In this document: positions 19,355 through 27,616 of the stretch, piece after piece | Position numbering within the stretch: position 1 is the first letter of the stretch | Layout of the letters: every line of letters starts with the position of its first letter | NCBI GenBank assembly: GCA_022567855.1 | Contig: JADFGE010000001.1 | Span: 1-38,829, forward strand | Source: Planctomycetota bacterium | GTDB lineage: Bacteria > Planctomycetota > Phycisphaerae > Phycisphaerales > SM1A02 | Length of the DNA: 38,829 nucleotides | Reading direction: 5' to 3' | Translations under genes and position numbers: made by a program | The notes under the pieces: generated by a model | What the model was told of the DNA's origin: nothing | What the model saw: the letters and a program-made list of their open reading frames with translations, nothing else | The model's database searches: none

Positions 19355-20968
19355 TCAGCGGATGAAGCGCAGTCGCCCGAAGTCAGGGATGACGGCTCGA
19401 CCTCCGTCCCGCAACGGGTAGGGCGCCGGGAAGTAGACAACCCAAGCCTTACCCAACAATAGTTTTCGATTCACGATAAACGGGGCGTCGTCGATTTGCG
19501 CCGCCACGATCGGAGCCGGGCTGCCCCAAAGTCTCGAGTCGGACGAGAATGGGCTGTTGTCGCCCAGCATGAGGAACTGATCCGACTCGAGGACAGCCGG
19601 ATTGTTCGGATGCGTTCCGAAAGCCCAGCCAGTGAGCGCCGGCTGATTCTTCTGACTTCGATCGTTCAGCCTCGCCGGCTGATAGTACAAGTCACGATCG
19701 ACGCGGACTCGATGCAGCGTGACCGGTGAACCGCGAAAGTGCCACATGAGCCTCGCCGGGTTCGGCGCCGCCCGCGGCAGCAGGTCGAGGACTTCCTGGT
19801 AGGCGAGTTGATACGCGTTCTCCATCCGCAGCCGAGGCCCCCAGTCGTACTCCAGCGGTCCGACGGCGCGCTTACCGTTGAGGTAGATCGACAGCGATTG
19901 ATCCACGTGCCAGAACTCGACATTGATGACCCGCCCGGCTCCGCGCAGTTTGATGTTCTCGGTGCGTTGACGGACCGTTTCTCCAGTCGCCTGGCCGTCG
20001 TCGTCAATCGGCGTCATCTGCACGATTGCCTCGTATCGCCCCGTTCCTTCGCGCCGCTTGAGAATGAACTCGAAGCGGTGCCCGCGCGTCACCAGTTCCA
20101 GTGTCGTCTCGAAGCCCGGCTGATCGGCAACGATCCCGGCCGAAACGCGAAGATCGCTGATGTTGAAGATCGGCGTTCGGGAGTTCGGGCTCGGCCGTTG
20201 CCTCAATGGATACATCAGCATGTCGTACGACGTCCAATCGGTCAGCGGGATCTGGTGCAGGTCCCATTCGAGCGTCGAGGGTTCGGCCGTGTCACAGCGG
20301 AAACTGCGCTCGGCGGTTGTGTTCCAGCCTTGGCCGCTAAAGGGTGGGCTATAGGAACGATCCAGCTCGTCGGGCCGCAGCGGCATGAAATCGCTGTCGT
20401 AGATCGTTTGCCACACCGCCCGCTGGACATGCAACGGCTTTCGCTGAATCTTCAGGTCGCCGATCTCTGCATCGATATCGCCGACAAACACGTCGCCGTC
20501 AACCAGGAGGAGCTTTTCGTCAGGCAGACCGACCAGCCGTTTGATGTAGTTCTCGTCCTTGCCGTCGGGGTTCGTGGGGTTCTTGAACACCACGACGTCG
20601 AATCGCTTCGGGGCAAAGAACGGATACAAGCATTTGAGCACGAGGATCCGATCGCCCATGCTGTTGCGCGGCTGGCCTCGATCGGCCCGGGGAATCGCAA
20701 AGCGAGGACCGAGCTTCGGATCGTAGATTTCTCGTGCGCTGACATCAACCCGGGCGTCGATCGGGAACGTCGCGCCGGTCTGGCGGGAATGGAACCGGTA
20801 GTGTTGGCCGAGCAATGTTGGGGCCATCGACCCGGTCGGGATGACGAACCCCTCCGTGACAAAGCCGCGGAAGGTCATCGCCAGTACAAACGCGATGATC
20901 AGCGACTGGAGCGTTTCGATCGCAGTTCCTTCTTCGTGCAACTGATGAGGTGGGTTTGTCGTTGCCAT
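19355..20968 (-). CDS. lepB: Signal peptidase I (S26), unusually long at 537 aa
   Basis: N-terminal TM helix. Ser box GSMAPTL, Lys box YIKRLVGLPDE, box E GDNSPFSSDSRLWG. Confidence 0.85.
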   Translation of the reverse strand: MATTNPPHQLHEEGTAIETLQSLIIAFVLAMTFRGFVTEGFVIPTGSMAPTLLGQHYRFHSRQTGATFPIDARVDVSAREIYDPKLGPRFAIPRADRGQPRNSMGDRILVLKCLYPFFAPKRFDVVVFKNPTNPDGKDENYIKRLVGLPDEKLLLVDGDVFVGDIDAEIGDLKIQRKPLHVQRAVWQTIYDSDFMPLRPDELDRSYSPPFSGQGWNTTAERSFRCDTAEPSTLEWDLHQIPLTDWTSYDMLMYPLRQRPSPNSRTPIFNISDLRVSAGIVADQPGFETTLELVTRGHRFEFILKRREGTGRYEAIVQMTPIDDDGQATGETVRQRTENIKLRGAGRVINVEFWHVDQSLSIYLNGKRAVGPLEYDWGPRLRMENAYQLAYQEVLDLLPRAAPNPARLMWHFRGSPVTLHRVRVDRDLYYQPARLNDRSQKNQPALTGWAFGTHPNNPAVLESDQFLMLGDNSPFSSDSRLWGSPAPIVAAQIDDAPFIVNRKLLLGKAWVVYFPAPYPLRDGGRAVIPDFGRLRFIR

Positions 20969-21052
20969 GGCCCGATGGTAGGGGATATCGACGCAATGTT
21001 CGTCGTCAGGCGCGTACCGTTTTTCGATCGGCGTGATTCACAGGCGTTGCCC

Positions 21053-21124
21053 GGGTGCCATGCTTCATTCCCGACGCCTCGGGATGAAGCATGCTTTGCC
21101 CTATCGGGTCAAAGCATGGCACCC
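21053..21124 (-). promoter_or_regulatory. Mutually exclusive hairpins between the PSP1 gene and lepB
   Basis: gggtgccatgctt (21053-21065) is the exact reverse complement of aagcatggcaccc (21112-21124). The overlapping segment catgcttcattcccga (21059-21074) also pairs with tcgggatgaagcatg (21079-21093), giving 15 bp with one bulge. Confidence 0.4.
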
Positions 21125-21161
21125 GCCCACGGATCAATTGCGATGCTTATCACAGGTGCGT

Positions 21162-22412
21162 TTAGGTGGAAGAGTCCTTGGGCGGGAGGCGTTTGCGGCC
21201 GCGGCGGCGACGGCGACGCTTGGATCGGGGCTGGGCCTCAGTCCCAGCATCGGCAGCCTTGGGCTCGGTCGCCTTTGCCGCCTCGCGGAAACTGTCCTGT
21301 TGTTGAGATTTGCGTTTGCGGCCGCGGCGGCGGCGCTTCGTTCGCTTCTCGTCGTCCGTGCGCTCCACGGTTTCCTCGACCGAGAGACCGCGCAGCGCGT
21401 CGCCCAGCTGCGGCTGCGACTTCTCCCATTCAGGTGTGCCGGGCATCGGGCACTCATCGGGGTCCATGAGCTCCTCGACGGGCACGGCGATCTCCTCGTC
21501 GTTGTGCTCCAGCCGGACCAGGGCCAACTGCACCAAGATCTTTGTGTCCACGACGACGCCCGGACCCTGCGACGTGCCCACGCGGGACTTGCGTGCCGGA
21601 AGATTCTTCCTCAGCTCCTGGTACGTATGGTCCTCATACCGCAGGCAACACATCAGACGCCCGCACCGGCCTGAGATCTTCAAGGGATCCAGCGGCACCT
21701 GTTGCTGCTTCGCGGACTTCATCGACACCGGCCTGAGCACCTTGAGGAAGTTCTTGCAGCAACAGTGCTGGCCGCATCGTTCGTAGTCAGCCACGAGCCG
21801 GGCCTCGTCCCGGGCCCCGACCTGCCGCATCTCGATTCGTGATTTGAACTGGGCCGCAAGCTCCTTTACCAGCTCGCGGAAATCAACCCGGTCCGCCGCC
21901 ATGAAGTAGAACGTGAGCAGCTCCCCGCCGAGGATCGGCTCGACATCGACGAGCTTCATCGCGAGGCTCAGCTCGTCGATCATCGCCTTACACGTCCGGA
22001 CGTAATCCTTTTTGTTGGAGTTGATCGTGGACTGCTTGTTGAGGTCCTCAACGGTGGCGATGCGAAGGATCTTGCCGTTGGTGTAGAACGGGTAGTTATT
22101 GCCGCCGGAGTTCTCGATGTACTCCAGCATCTCCTGGCGGGTAACGGACTTGGCGCAGCCGGCGTTCTCGCAGGTGGTGGTGAGCATCTCCACGATCTCC
22201 GTGCCGCGATGGGTCCGAGCCACCAGCTTGGAGCCGCAGCCGGGCTTGGCCTCGCCTTCGTAGGGGTACTCACCGACCAACTTCATGGAGCCGAAGCGGA
22301 CCACGATGGTCTTGGGGGGCTTGAGCTGTGCGTACAGCTCCTCATCGCTCATCGCGGTGCGGTGACGAGCATCAGCGTCGGCCTCGAAGACCGGCAAAGG
22401 CATAATCGACAT
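21162..22412 (-). CDS. PSP1 domain protein (YaaT/RicT-like) with a long basic C-terminal tail
   Basis: PSP1 core with the Cys cluster CGQHCCCKNF ... ISGRCGRLMCCLRYE. The C-terminal 90 aa are rich in K/R and include two RRRGRKR motifs. Confidence 0.8.
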   Translation of the reverse strand: MSIMPLPVFEADADARHRTAMSDEELYAQLKPPKTIVVRFGSMKLVGEYPYEGEAKPGCGSKLVARTHRGTEIVEMLTTTCENAGCAKSVTRQEMLEYIENSGGNNYPFYTNGKILRIATVEDLNKQSTINSNKKDYVRTCKAMIDELSLAMKLVDVEPILGGELLTFYFMAADRVDFRELVKELAAQFKSRIEMRQVGARDEARLVADYERCGQHCCCKNFLKVLRPVSMKSAKQQQVPLDPLKISGRCGRLMCCLRYEDHTYQELRKNLPARKSRVGTSQGPGVVVDTKILVQLALVRLEHNDEEIAVPVEELMDPDECPMPGTPEWEKSQPQLGDALRGLSVEETVERTDDEKRTKRRRRGRKRKSQQQDSFREAAKATEPKAADAGTEAQPRSKRRRRRRGRKRLPPKDSST

Positions 22413-22683
22413 GAACGAATCTCATCGCGCTCGGCGTCGCCCCAGAGGTGCGCCGAGTCAGCCGTTGCGCCAAAATGTCGTCAGGCTGGGGTTTCCTAGC
22501 ACCGGACGTCCCCTGACCAGACGCCGGCTCCAAACGCAATGAGTAGCGGAAGTATAGCACGCGAAAGTGCTTCCGGCCGTCAAGGATCGGTTCGAGATCA
22601 AAAGATGGCGGGCAGGAACCCCAACCATAGTTGCAGGTCATTTGTTCTTGTGGATACGCTAATGCTGCGCCCACAACAATTAC

Positions 22684-23307
22684 ATGCACTGGACCATGTT
22701 GAAGACCACAAATCCACTTCATAGTTGTCCGCATTGCGGGTTGGTGCAGACGGCGCCGCAGCAAGTCCCGCCGTCGATGCGCGTGTGCTGTGCGCGTTGC
22801 GAAGGCACGTTGTTTCGGCGCTCGACGCAGTTTAGAAGTGGCGCGACGACTGCCGCCATCGCTATGGCCGCCCTGATTCTCTATCCGTTTGCGGTCGGAT
22901 TGCCGATGGTGAGCATCACGAAGTTCGGCCACGAGCACGAATCGAGCATTCTCGCGGGGATTGGGACGCTGTTTGGACGCGGGCATATCTTCATCGGGCT
23001 CATCGTGCTCGTGTGCGCGCTGGTGATTCCCGTGCTCAAGCTGAGCGGATTGCTCGTGCTATCCGTCGGCGGGCTCGGGCTGGGGCGCCATTCCCGCGCG
23101 CTGACGTATCGCCTGGTGGAATGGACCGGCCGCTGGGGAATGCTCGATGTGCTGCTGGTGGCGATACTCGTGGCCGCGCTCAAGCTCGGTGATCTGGTGG
23201 AAGTATCGGCGGGACCGGCTGCAATGGCCTTTGGACTATGCGTCCTGCTGAGTCTGCTCGCGGCGGCGAGCTTTGATCCGCATCGGATATGGGAACCCGG
23301 AGTATGA
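22684..23307 (+). CDS. PqiA-like integral membrane protein, half-size (207 aa)
   Basis: N-terminal zinc-ribbon-like CPHCG ... CCARCEG followed by several TM helices, which is the PqiA module architecture. Confidence 0.7.
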   Translation: MHWTMLKTTNPLHSCPHCGLVQTAPQQVPPSMRVCCARCEGTLFRRSTQFRSGATTAAIAMAALILYPFAVGLPMVSITKFGHEHESSILAGIGTLFGRGHIFIGLIVLVCALVIPVLKLSGLLVLSVGGLGLGRHSRALTYRLVEWTGRWGMLDVLLVAILVAALKLGDLVEVSAGPAAMAFGLCVLLSLLAAASFDPHRIWEPGV

Positions 23308-24743
23308 CGAACAAACGCAACCGCAACGCCGATATCGATCAATCGCCCGCGGCCGTCCCGCAGGCTATTCTCAAACCCGCGCGTCGGCTGACGTGGGCGT
23401 GGCTCGTGCCGTCGGCGGCGCTGATCCTTGCCGGCTGGCTTGCCTATAGCGCATGGGTGTCGCGCGGGTTCATCATCACAGTGCAGCTGGATCAAGGGCA
23501 CGGCATCAAGACCGGACATGAAGTTCGCTATCGCGGCATCACCGTCGGCGAGGTGCGAAAAGTGAAGCTGGCTGAGGGTTTCGACGGCGTCATTGTGACG
23601 GTCAGTCTTGCCACCCAAGCGGATCAATTGGCTCACAGCGGCAGCCGGTTTTGGGTTGTGCGCCCGCAACTGGGTCTGGAAGGCGTCCAGGGGCTGGAGA
23701 CTTTGATGGGGCCACGGTACTTGGCGGTCGCGCCTGGTCTCGGTGCTCTGCAGCGTCATTTCATTGGGCTCAATGAGCCGCCGGTGGTTGAAACCATCGA
23801 GCCGGGTGATCTGGAAATCGTTCTGCAAGCAACAAAGCGCGGGGGGCTGCGCCGCGGCGCACCGGTGACGTATCGCCAGGTACCGGTGGGCGCGGTGTTG
23901 TCCGTTGGCCTGGCCAGCGACGGCGGCGCGGTGGAAGCTCGTGTCCATATCGAGAAAGCGTACGCGCAGCTGGTTCGTGAAGGGACACGCTTCTTCTCGG
24001 TCGGCGGGCTCGAGGCTGATGTCAGCCTGACCGGCGTGTCATTGGAAGTGGAATCGCTGGCGGCGCTGTTGACGGGAGGGATAGCGTTGGCGACACCCCC
24101 GGATGCCGGGGAAATCGTTCGCACCGGCCATCGATTCGTCATGGACGCCCAGCCGCCCGAGGACTGGTTGACGTGGCAGCCGATGGCGGTGATCGGCAAC
24201 TCGATGCTCCCGCCGGGCGCGCCGCTGCCGACGCCGCTTCGGGCGCGAATCGGCTGGCGGGAGGGTCGGTGGATCACGCGGGCCAAGTCGCGCCAGGGCT
24301 GGGTGTTGCAAACAGACGATGGATTGCTCGGACCGGCCGATCTTCTGGGCCCCAACGGCGATGCCGACCGCGAGACCGTTGTGCTGGAGGTTGCGGGGAC
24401 CGTGGTCGAGCTGGAGTCGGAGCCATCGTGGCAACACGGCGGCTTGGCGCTGCTGGCCGAACACGTTACGCCGACAAGTTGGCCGGCACAGCGCCGCCGA
24501 TCGCCGTCGGAGGTGGAAGACTGCCTGGCGGTGGGCGACCCGACGGCAACGCCCCTGCCGCTGGCGGCGGCGCGGCTGACCGCGCAGATCGGGTCGTGGG
24601 CCGTTGATCCGGCCGTGCCCGTAGACGAGTCCTGGCACGGCGCCGTGGTCGTCGCGCGATCGGACGGTTTTGTGGTCGGTTTACTTCTCGTCGACGATGA
24701 CGAAGCGCGCGTCGCGCTCATCCCCCCTTCATTCGCACCATAG
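23304..24743 (+). CDS. PqiB-like MCE (MlaD) domain protein
   Basis: N-terminal TM helix (WAWLVPSAALILAGWLAY). MCE-type repeats (ITVQLDQGHGIKTGHEVRYRGITVGEV; EIVLQATKRGGLRRGAPVTYRQVPVGAV). The ATG at 23304 forms an ATGA overlap with the pqiA-like stop codon. Confidence 0.7.
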   Translation: MTNKRNRNADIDQSPAAVPQAILKPARRLTWAWLVPSAALILAGWLAYSAWVSRGFIITVQLDQGHGIKTGHEVRYRGITVGEVRKVKLAEGFDGVIVTVSLATQADQLAHSGSRFWVVRPQLGLEGVQGLETLMGPRYLAVAPGLGALQRHFIGLNEPPVVETIEPGDLEIVLQATKRGGLRRGAPVTYRQVPVGAVLSVGLASDGGAVEARVHIEKAYAQLVREGTRFFSVGGLEADVSLTGVSLEVESLAALLTGGIALATPPDAGEIVRTGHRFVMDAQPPEDWLTWQPMAVIGNSMLPPGAPLPTPLRARIGWREGRWITRAKSRQGWVLQTDDGLLGPADLLGPNGDADRETVVLEVAGTVVELESEPSWQHGGLALLAEHVTPTSWPAQRRRSPSEVEDCLAVGDPTATPLPLAAARLTAQIGSWAVDPAVPVDESWHGAVVVARSDGFVVGLLLVDDDEARVALIPPSFAP

Positions 24744-24824
24744 AAGCCGGACCTGACGAGCCCGATTCGATCGGGAGAGGAAGGTCCGGGTCGAATCGAC
24801 CGCAGCGGTCCGCACGACTGTGAG

Positions 24825-25022
24825 CTACCGCCGTTGGCGACCCTCGACGGTCAACCGCACCTTTCGCGGCCTGCGGGTGGCGGCGCTTCCGGAGGCGCAC
24901 GAGGGACAGCTATCACCGGATTTGCGTCGTGGCACGAACATGCGCACGACCATCCATGCCCCCCACGCCGCCACCGGCGTCACGACCCAGAATTGCCAAT
25001 CGCCAAGCGGAAGCCCCAACAC
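24825..25022 (-). CDS. Small FeoB-associated Cys-rich membrane protein (65 aa)
   Basis: A GTG start lies 1 nt after the feoB stop codon (TAG-C-GTG). One TM helix (WQFWVVTPVAAWGAWMVV) is followed by RRKSGDSCPSCASG, which is the layout of the FeoB-associated Cys-rich family. Confidence 0.5.
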   Translation of the reverse strand: MLGLPLGDWQFWVVTPVAAWGAWMVVRMFVPRRKSGDSCPSCASGSAATRRPRKVRLTVEGRQRR

Positions 25023-25023
25023 G

Positions 25024-27048
25024 CTATGTCACTCCCATCGCGCCGACGGCTGTGTACGTGATCCACGCAGCCGCGTAGGCCAACAACGACATATAACCCA
25101 ACTGTAGCAGCGCCCACCGCCAGTGCCCGGTCTCTCGACGTGTTACGACCAGCGTCGGCAAACATTGCATCGCCAGCACGTAGAAGATCAGGAGGCTCGC
25201 GCTGGTTCTCGTGGTGAACACGGCCCGTCCGTCGGCGCGCTTGGCCGACCTGATTCGCCCGATCACCTCTGGATCGTCCGCGTCGTCGCCGGCTGAGACC
25301 ACCACCGCCATCGTCGAAACGAAGACCTCCCGGGCCGCGAAACTGCTCAAGACCCCGATCGTGAGCTGCCAGTCGTAGCCCAGCGGCGCGAATACCGGCT
25401 GCGCGAATCGGCCCAGCCGACCCAGCAAACTGTGCTCGGCGGCATAGCTCGATTCCAAACGATCGGCTTGGGTCGTCAAGCTCGCAGCAAGGGCAGGCGC
25501 TTCGTCCAGCACCGTCTGGGCTTGCGCACGCAGCTCCAGCGCCTCAGTTGGAGGATCGACTTTGGGATACGCACTGAGCCACCACAGCAAGACACAAATC
25601 GCCAGGATCACCGTGCCCGCCTTGCGCAAGAACATCCAGGCTCGGTCCAGCGTTGTCAACAATGCGGTTCGCAGCGAGGGAATCTTGTAGCTGGGCAGTT
25701 CCAAGACCATCGGCTGAGAGGGTCCGCGCAGCAGGCTGCCCCGCACCACCAACGCCGTGAGCAAGCCCGCGATCACGCCGATCGCATAGCACGCCGTGAA
25801 CGCCAAGCCTGCATACAACGGCTGATCGCCGAACAGGATTCCGATCAGCAGGACATAGACCGGCAGTCTCGCGGAGCAGCTCATGAACGGTGCGACGAGA
25901 ATCGTAGCCAGGCGGTCGCGCCGGTCCGGGATCATGCGCGCCGACATGATGGCGGGAATCGCACAGGCATGAGCGGACAGCAGCGGGACGAACGAATGGC
26001 CGGGTAGTCCGAATCGCCGTAGTAGTCGATCCATGACAAACGCGGCCCGCGCCAGGTACCCGGTGTCCTCCAGCAGCGTAAGCAGGAAGAACAAGAGGCA
26101 AATCTGCGGCAGGAACACGATGGTCCCGGCGATGCCGCCGACGATGCCGTTGGCGACGAGATCGTGTATGGCCCCCGGCGGGATGAGTCCGGCCAGTGAG
26201 CCGCCGAGCGTCCCGAACACGAAGTCGATGAGGTTCATGGGAAGTTGCGCCAACGAGAAGATCGTGTAGAACAATCCGACCATGACCGCGGCGAAGATGA
26301 CGACGCCGAACACCGGATGCGTGAAGGCGGCGTCGAGCCGGTCTGTAAGCGTGTCCTCGTCAGCGCCGACCGCGGACGCGCCGCCGACGCTGTGCTGGAC
26401 CACGGCGTCGGCCCAAGCCACTGAGGCTTGTATGTCAGCCGGATCAGGCACGCCAGTTCCACCGACCGCGGCCTCAGGGAGCGCCGCAAGAAGGTCTGGT
26501 ATACCTTGCCCGCTTCGAGCGCAGATGCTCACCACGGGGCAGCCGAGGTGTCGGCTCAATCGCTCGGCGTCAATGGTCAATCCCCGGCGTTGGGCCAGGT
26601 CGGTCATGTTCAGAGCTACCACCGCAGGCACGCCTTCGTGCAGCACCTGAGCGACGAACAGCAGATTGCGGGCGAGGTTGGTGGCGTCGGTCACGATCAC
26701 CACGGCGTCTGCGCGATCGGCGCCTTCGCGTTCGGCTGTGCGCTCTTCTTGCAGATACTGCTTGCAGACGCGCGACTCTGGAAGGTCCAGGTGCAGGCTG
26801 TACACACCGGGCAGATCGATCACGTCGATGGATTGGCCGTGCGCGCGGCAGCGACCGATGCGTGTCTCCACCGTCGTTCCCGGGAAGTTGGCCGTTCGGG
26901 CCCGCAGCGCACAAAGGCGGTTGAACAACGTGGTCTTGCCCGTGTTGGGATTCCCGAGCAAGGCGTAGCGCCGCCTCATCGCGTCGTCCGGTACCCGGGC
27001 GACGGACCCAGGACTCGCCGGCTCGGTCAAAACGGGTGACGTCGACAT
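25024..27048 (-). CDS. feoB: Ferrous iron transporter FeoB
   Basis: G-domain motif LLGNPNTGKTTLFN, followed by a polytopic membrane domain. The ATG at 27048 (MSTSPV) avoids overlap with feoA. The ORF-track start at 27117 would overlap feoA by 56 nt. Confidence 0.9.
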   Translation of the reverse strand: MSTSPVLTEPASPGSVARVPDDAMRRRYALLGNPNTGKTTLFNRLCALRARTANFPGTTVETRIGRCRAHGQSIDVIDLPGVYSLHLDLPESRVCKQYLQEERTAEREGADRADAVVIVTDATNLARNLLFVAQVLHEGVPAVVALNMTDLAQRRGLTIDAERLSRHLGCPVVSICARSGQGIPDLLAALPEAAVGGTGVPDPADIQASVAWADAVVQHSVGGASAVGADEDTLTDRLDAAFTHPVFGVVIFAAVMVGLFYTIFSLAQLPMNLIDFVFGTLGGSLAGLIPPGAIHDLVANGIVGGIAGTIVFLPQICLLFFLLTLLEDTGYLARAAFVMDRLLRRFGLPGHSFVPLLSAHACAIPAIMSARMIPDRRDRLATILVAPFMSCSARLPVYVLLIGILFGDQPLYAGLAFTACYAIGVIAGLLTALVVRGSLLRGPSQPMVLELPSYKIPSLRTALLTTLDRAWMFLRKAGTVILAICVLLWWLSAYPKVDPPTEALELRAQAQTVLDEAPALAASLTTQADRLESSYAAEHSLLGRLGRFAQPVFAPLGYDWQLTIGVLSSFAAREVFVSTMAVVVSAGDDADDPEVIGRIRSAKRADGRAVFTTRTSASLLIFYVLAMQCLPTLVVTRRETGHWRWALLQLGYMSLLAYAAAWITYTAVGAMGVT

Positions 27049-27061
27049 CGCGCTTAGTAAG

Positions 27062-27337
27062 CTAGGTCTGCGGGAAGAGTTGGTGAACAAGAATCCGCCG
27101 CGCCAAAGTACCGGCAAGTCCCAGGCGAGTGCAGTTGATCCGGATGATGCACGGCTCGCCCGGCCGACACACGCACAATTCGCAGTGATTGGTCAGGCCC
27201 ATCGCTTCGAGCAGTTGGGCCTCAGCCGGATTGACATTCATCGCCGCCACTCGGCAGCGCTGGCCGCTGGCCAATTGGGCAAGGGGCACCGTCGGGACGG
27301 ATTGAGTCGGGACGGGATTGTCATCAGCGGCGGTCAT
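27062..27337 (-). CDS. feoA: FeoA domain protein
   Basis: FeoA/SH3-like pattern VPLAQLASGQRCRVAAMNVNPAEAQLLEAMGLTNHCELCVCRPGEPCIIRINCTRLGL. ATG at 27337. Confidence 0.8.
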   Translation of the reverse strand: MTAADDNPVPTQSVPTVPLAQLASGQRCRVAAMNVNPAEAQLLEAMGLTNHCELCVCRPGEPCIIRINCTRLGLAGTLARRILVHQLFPQT

Positions 27338-27364
27338 GGCTACGGATACCTGCCCGGTCTCGGT

Positions 27365-27383
27365 ATTGAGACTGCGTCTCAAT
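27365..27383. promoter_or_regulatory. 8-3-8 inverted repeat ATTGAGAC-TGC-GTCTCAAT upstream of feoA (candidate metalloregulator operator)
   Basis: The palindrome was read directly from the sequence. It lies 28-46 nt upstream of the feoA ATG, in the feoA / kinase divergent intergenic region. Confidence 0.4.
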
Positions 27384-27616
27384 TGCGACAGCAGTCTAGC
27401 ATATCGGACCAGCTTGTCCAGTGATCGACTCCGCCAGGGGCTTAAGTGCAAATACCTCGCCAGGCCTGGGTTCGGGAGGCGGGCCTTCCACCGACCATCC
27501 TGGGCTGGGCTACACTGGGCCGCTGGCATCGGCTCAGCCCGTGGCAAAACTCGTGCAAGACGGACTGGTTATCCGCCAGTCCAATCCGACCCGACCTCGT
27601 AGAGCAGAACGAAGCG

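Noticed and set aside
19739-21469. 576-aa ORF on the plus strand, antisense to lepB and running into the PSP1 gene
   Set aside because: It has no recognisable motifs and an Arg/Pro-rich composition. It spans an intergenic region and two well-supported minus-strand genes.
23756-24721. 321-aa minus-strand ORF inside the pqiB-like gene
   Set aside because: It gives a Ser/Thr/Arg/Pro-rich low-complexity translation. MCE-domain repeats on the plus strand explain the region.
24747-24798. Nested inverted repeats between pqiB and the feo operon: ccggacct/aggtccgg, cccgat/atcggg and cgattcga/tcgaatcg
   Set aside because: This is probably just a bidirectional terminator-type structure between convergent operons. 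It has no U-tracts and is not distinctive enough to call as a feature.
27446-27616. N-terminal extensions in the ORF track for the kinase. Similar extensions exist for clpB to 13528, kynB to 15277, kmo to 16590, feoA to 27547, feoB to 27117 and the P-domain gene to 7771.
   Set aside because: In each case an internal ATG lies at the point where homology-like sequence begins, and for clpB and the P-domain gene it is preceded by an SD-like GGAG. For feoB the extension would overlap feoA.
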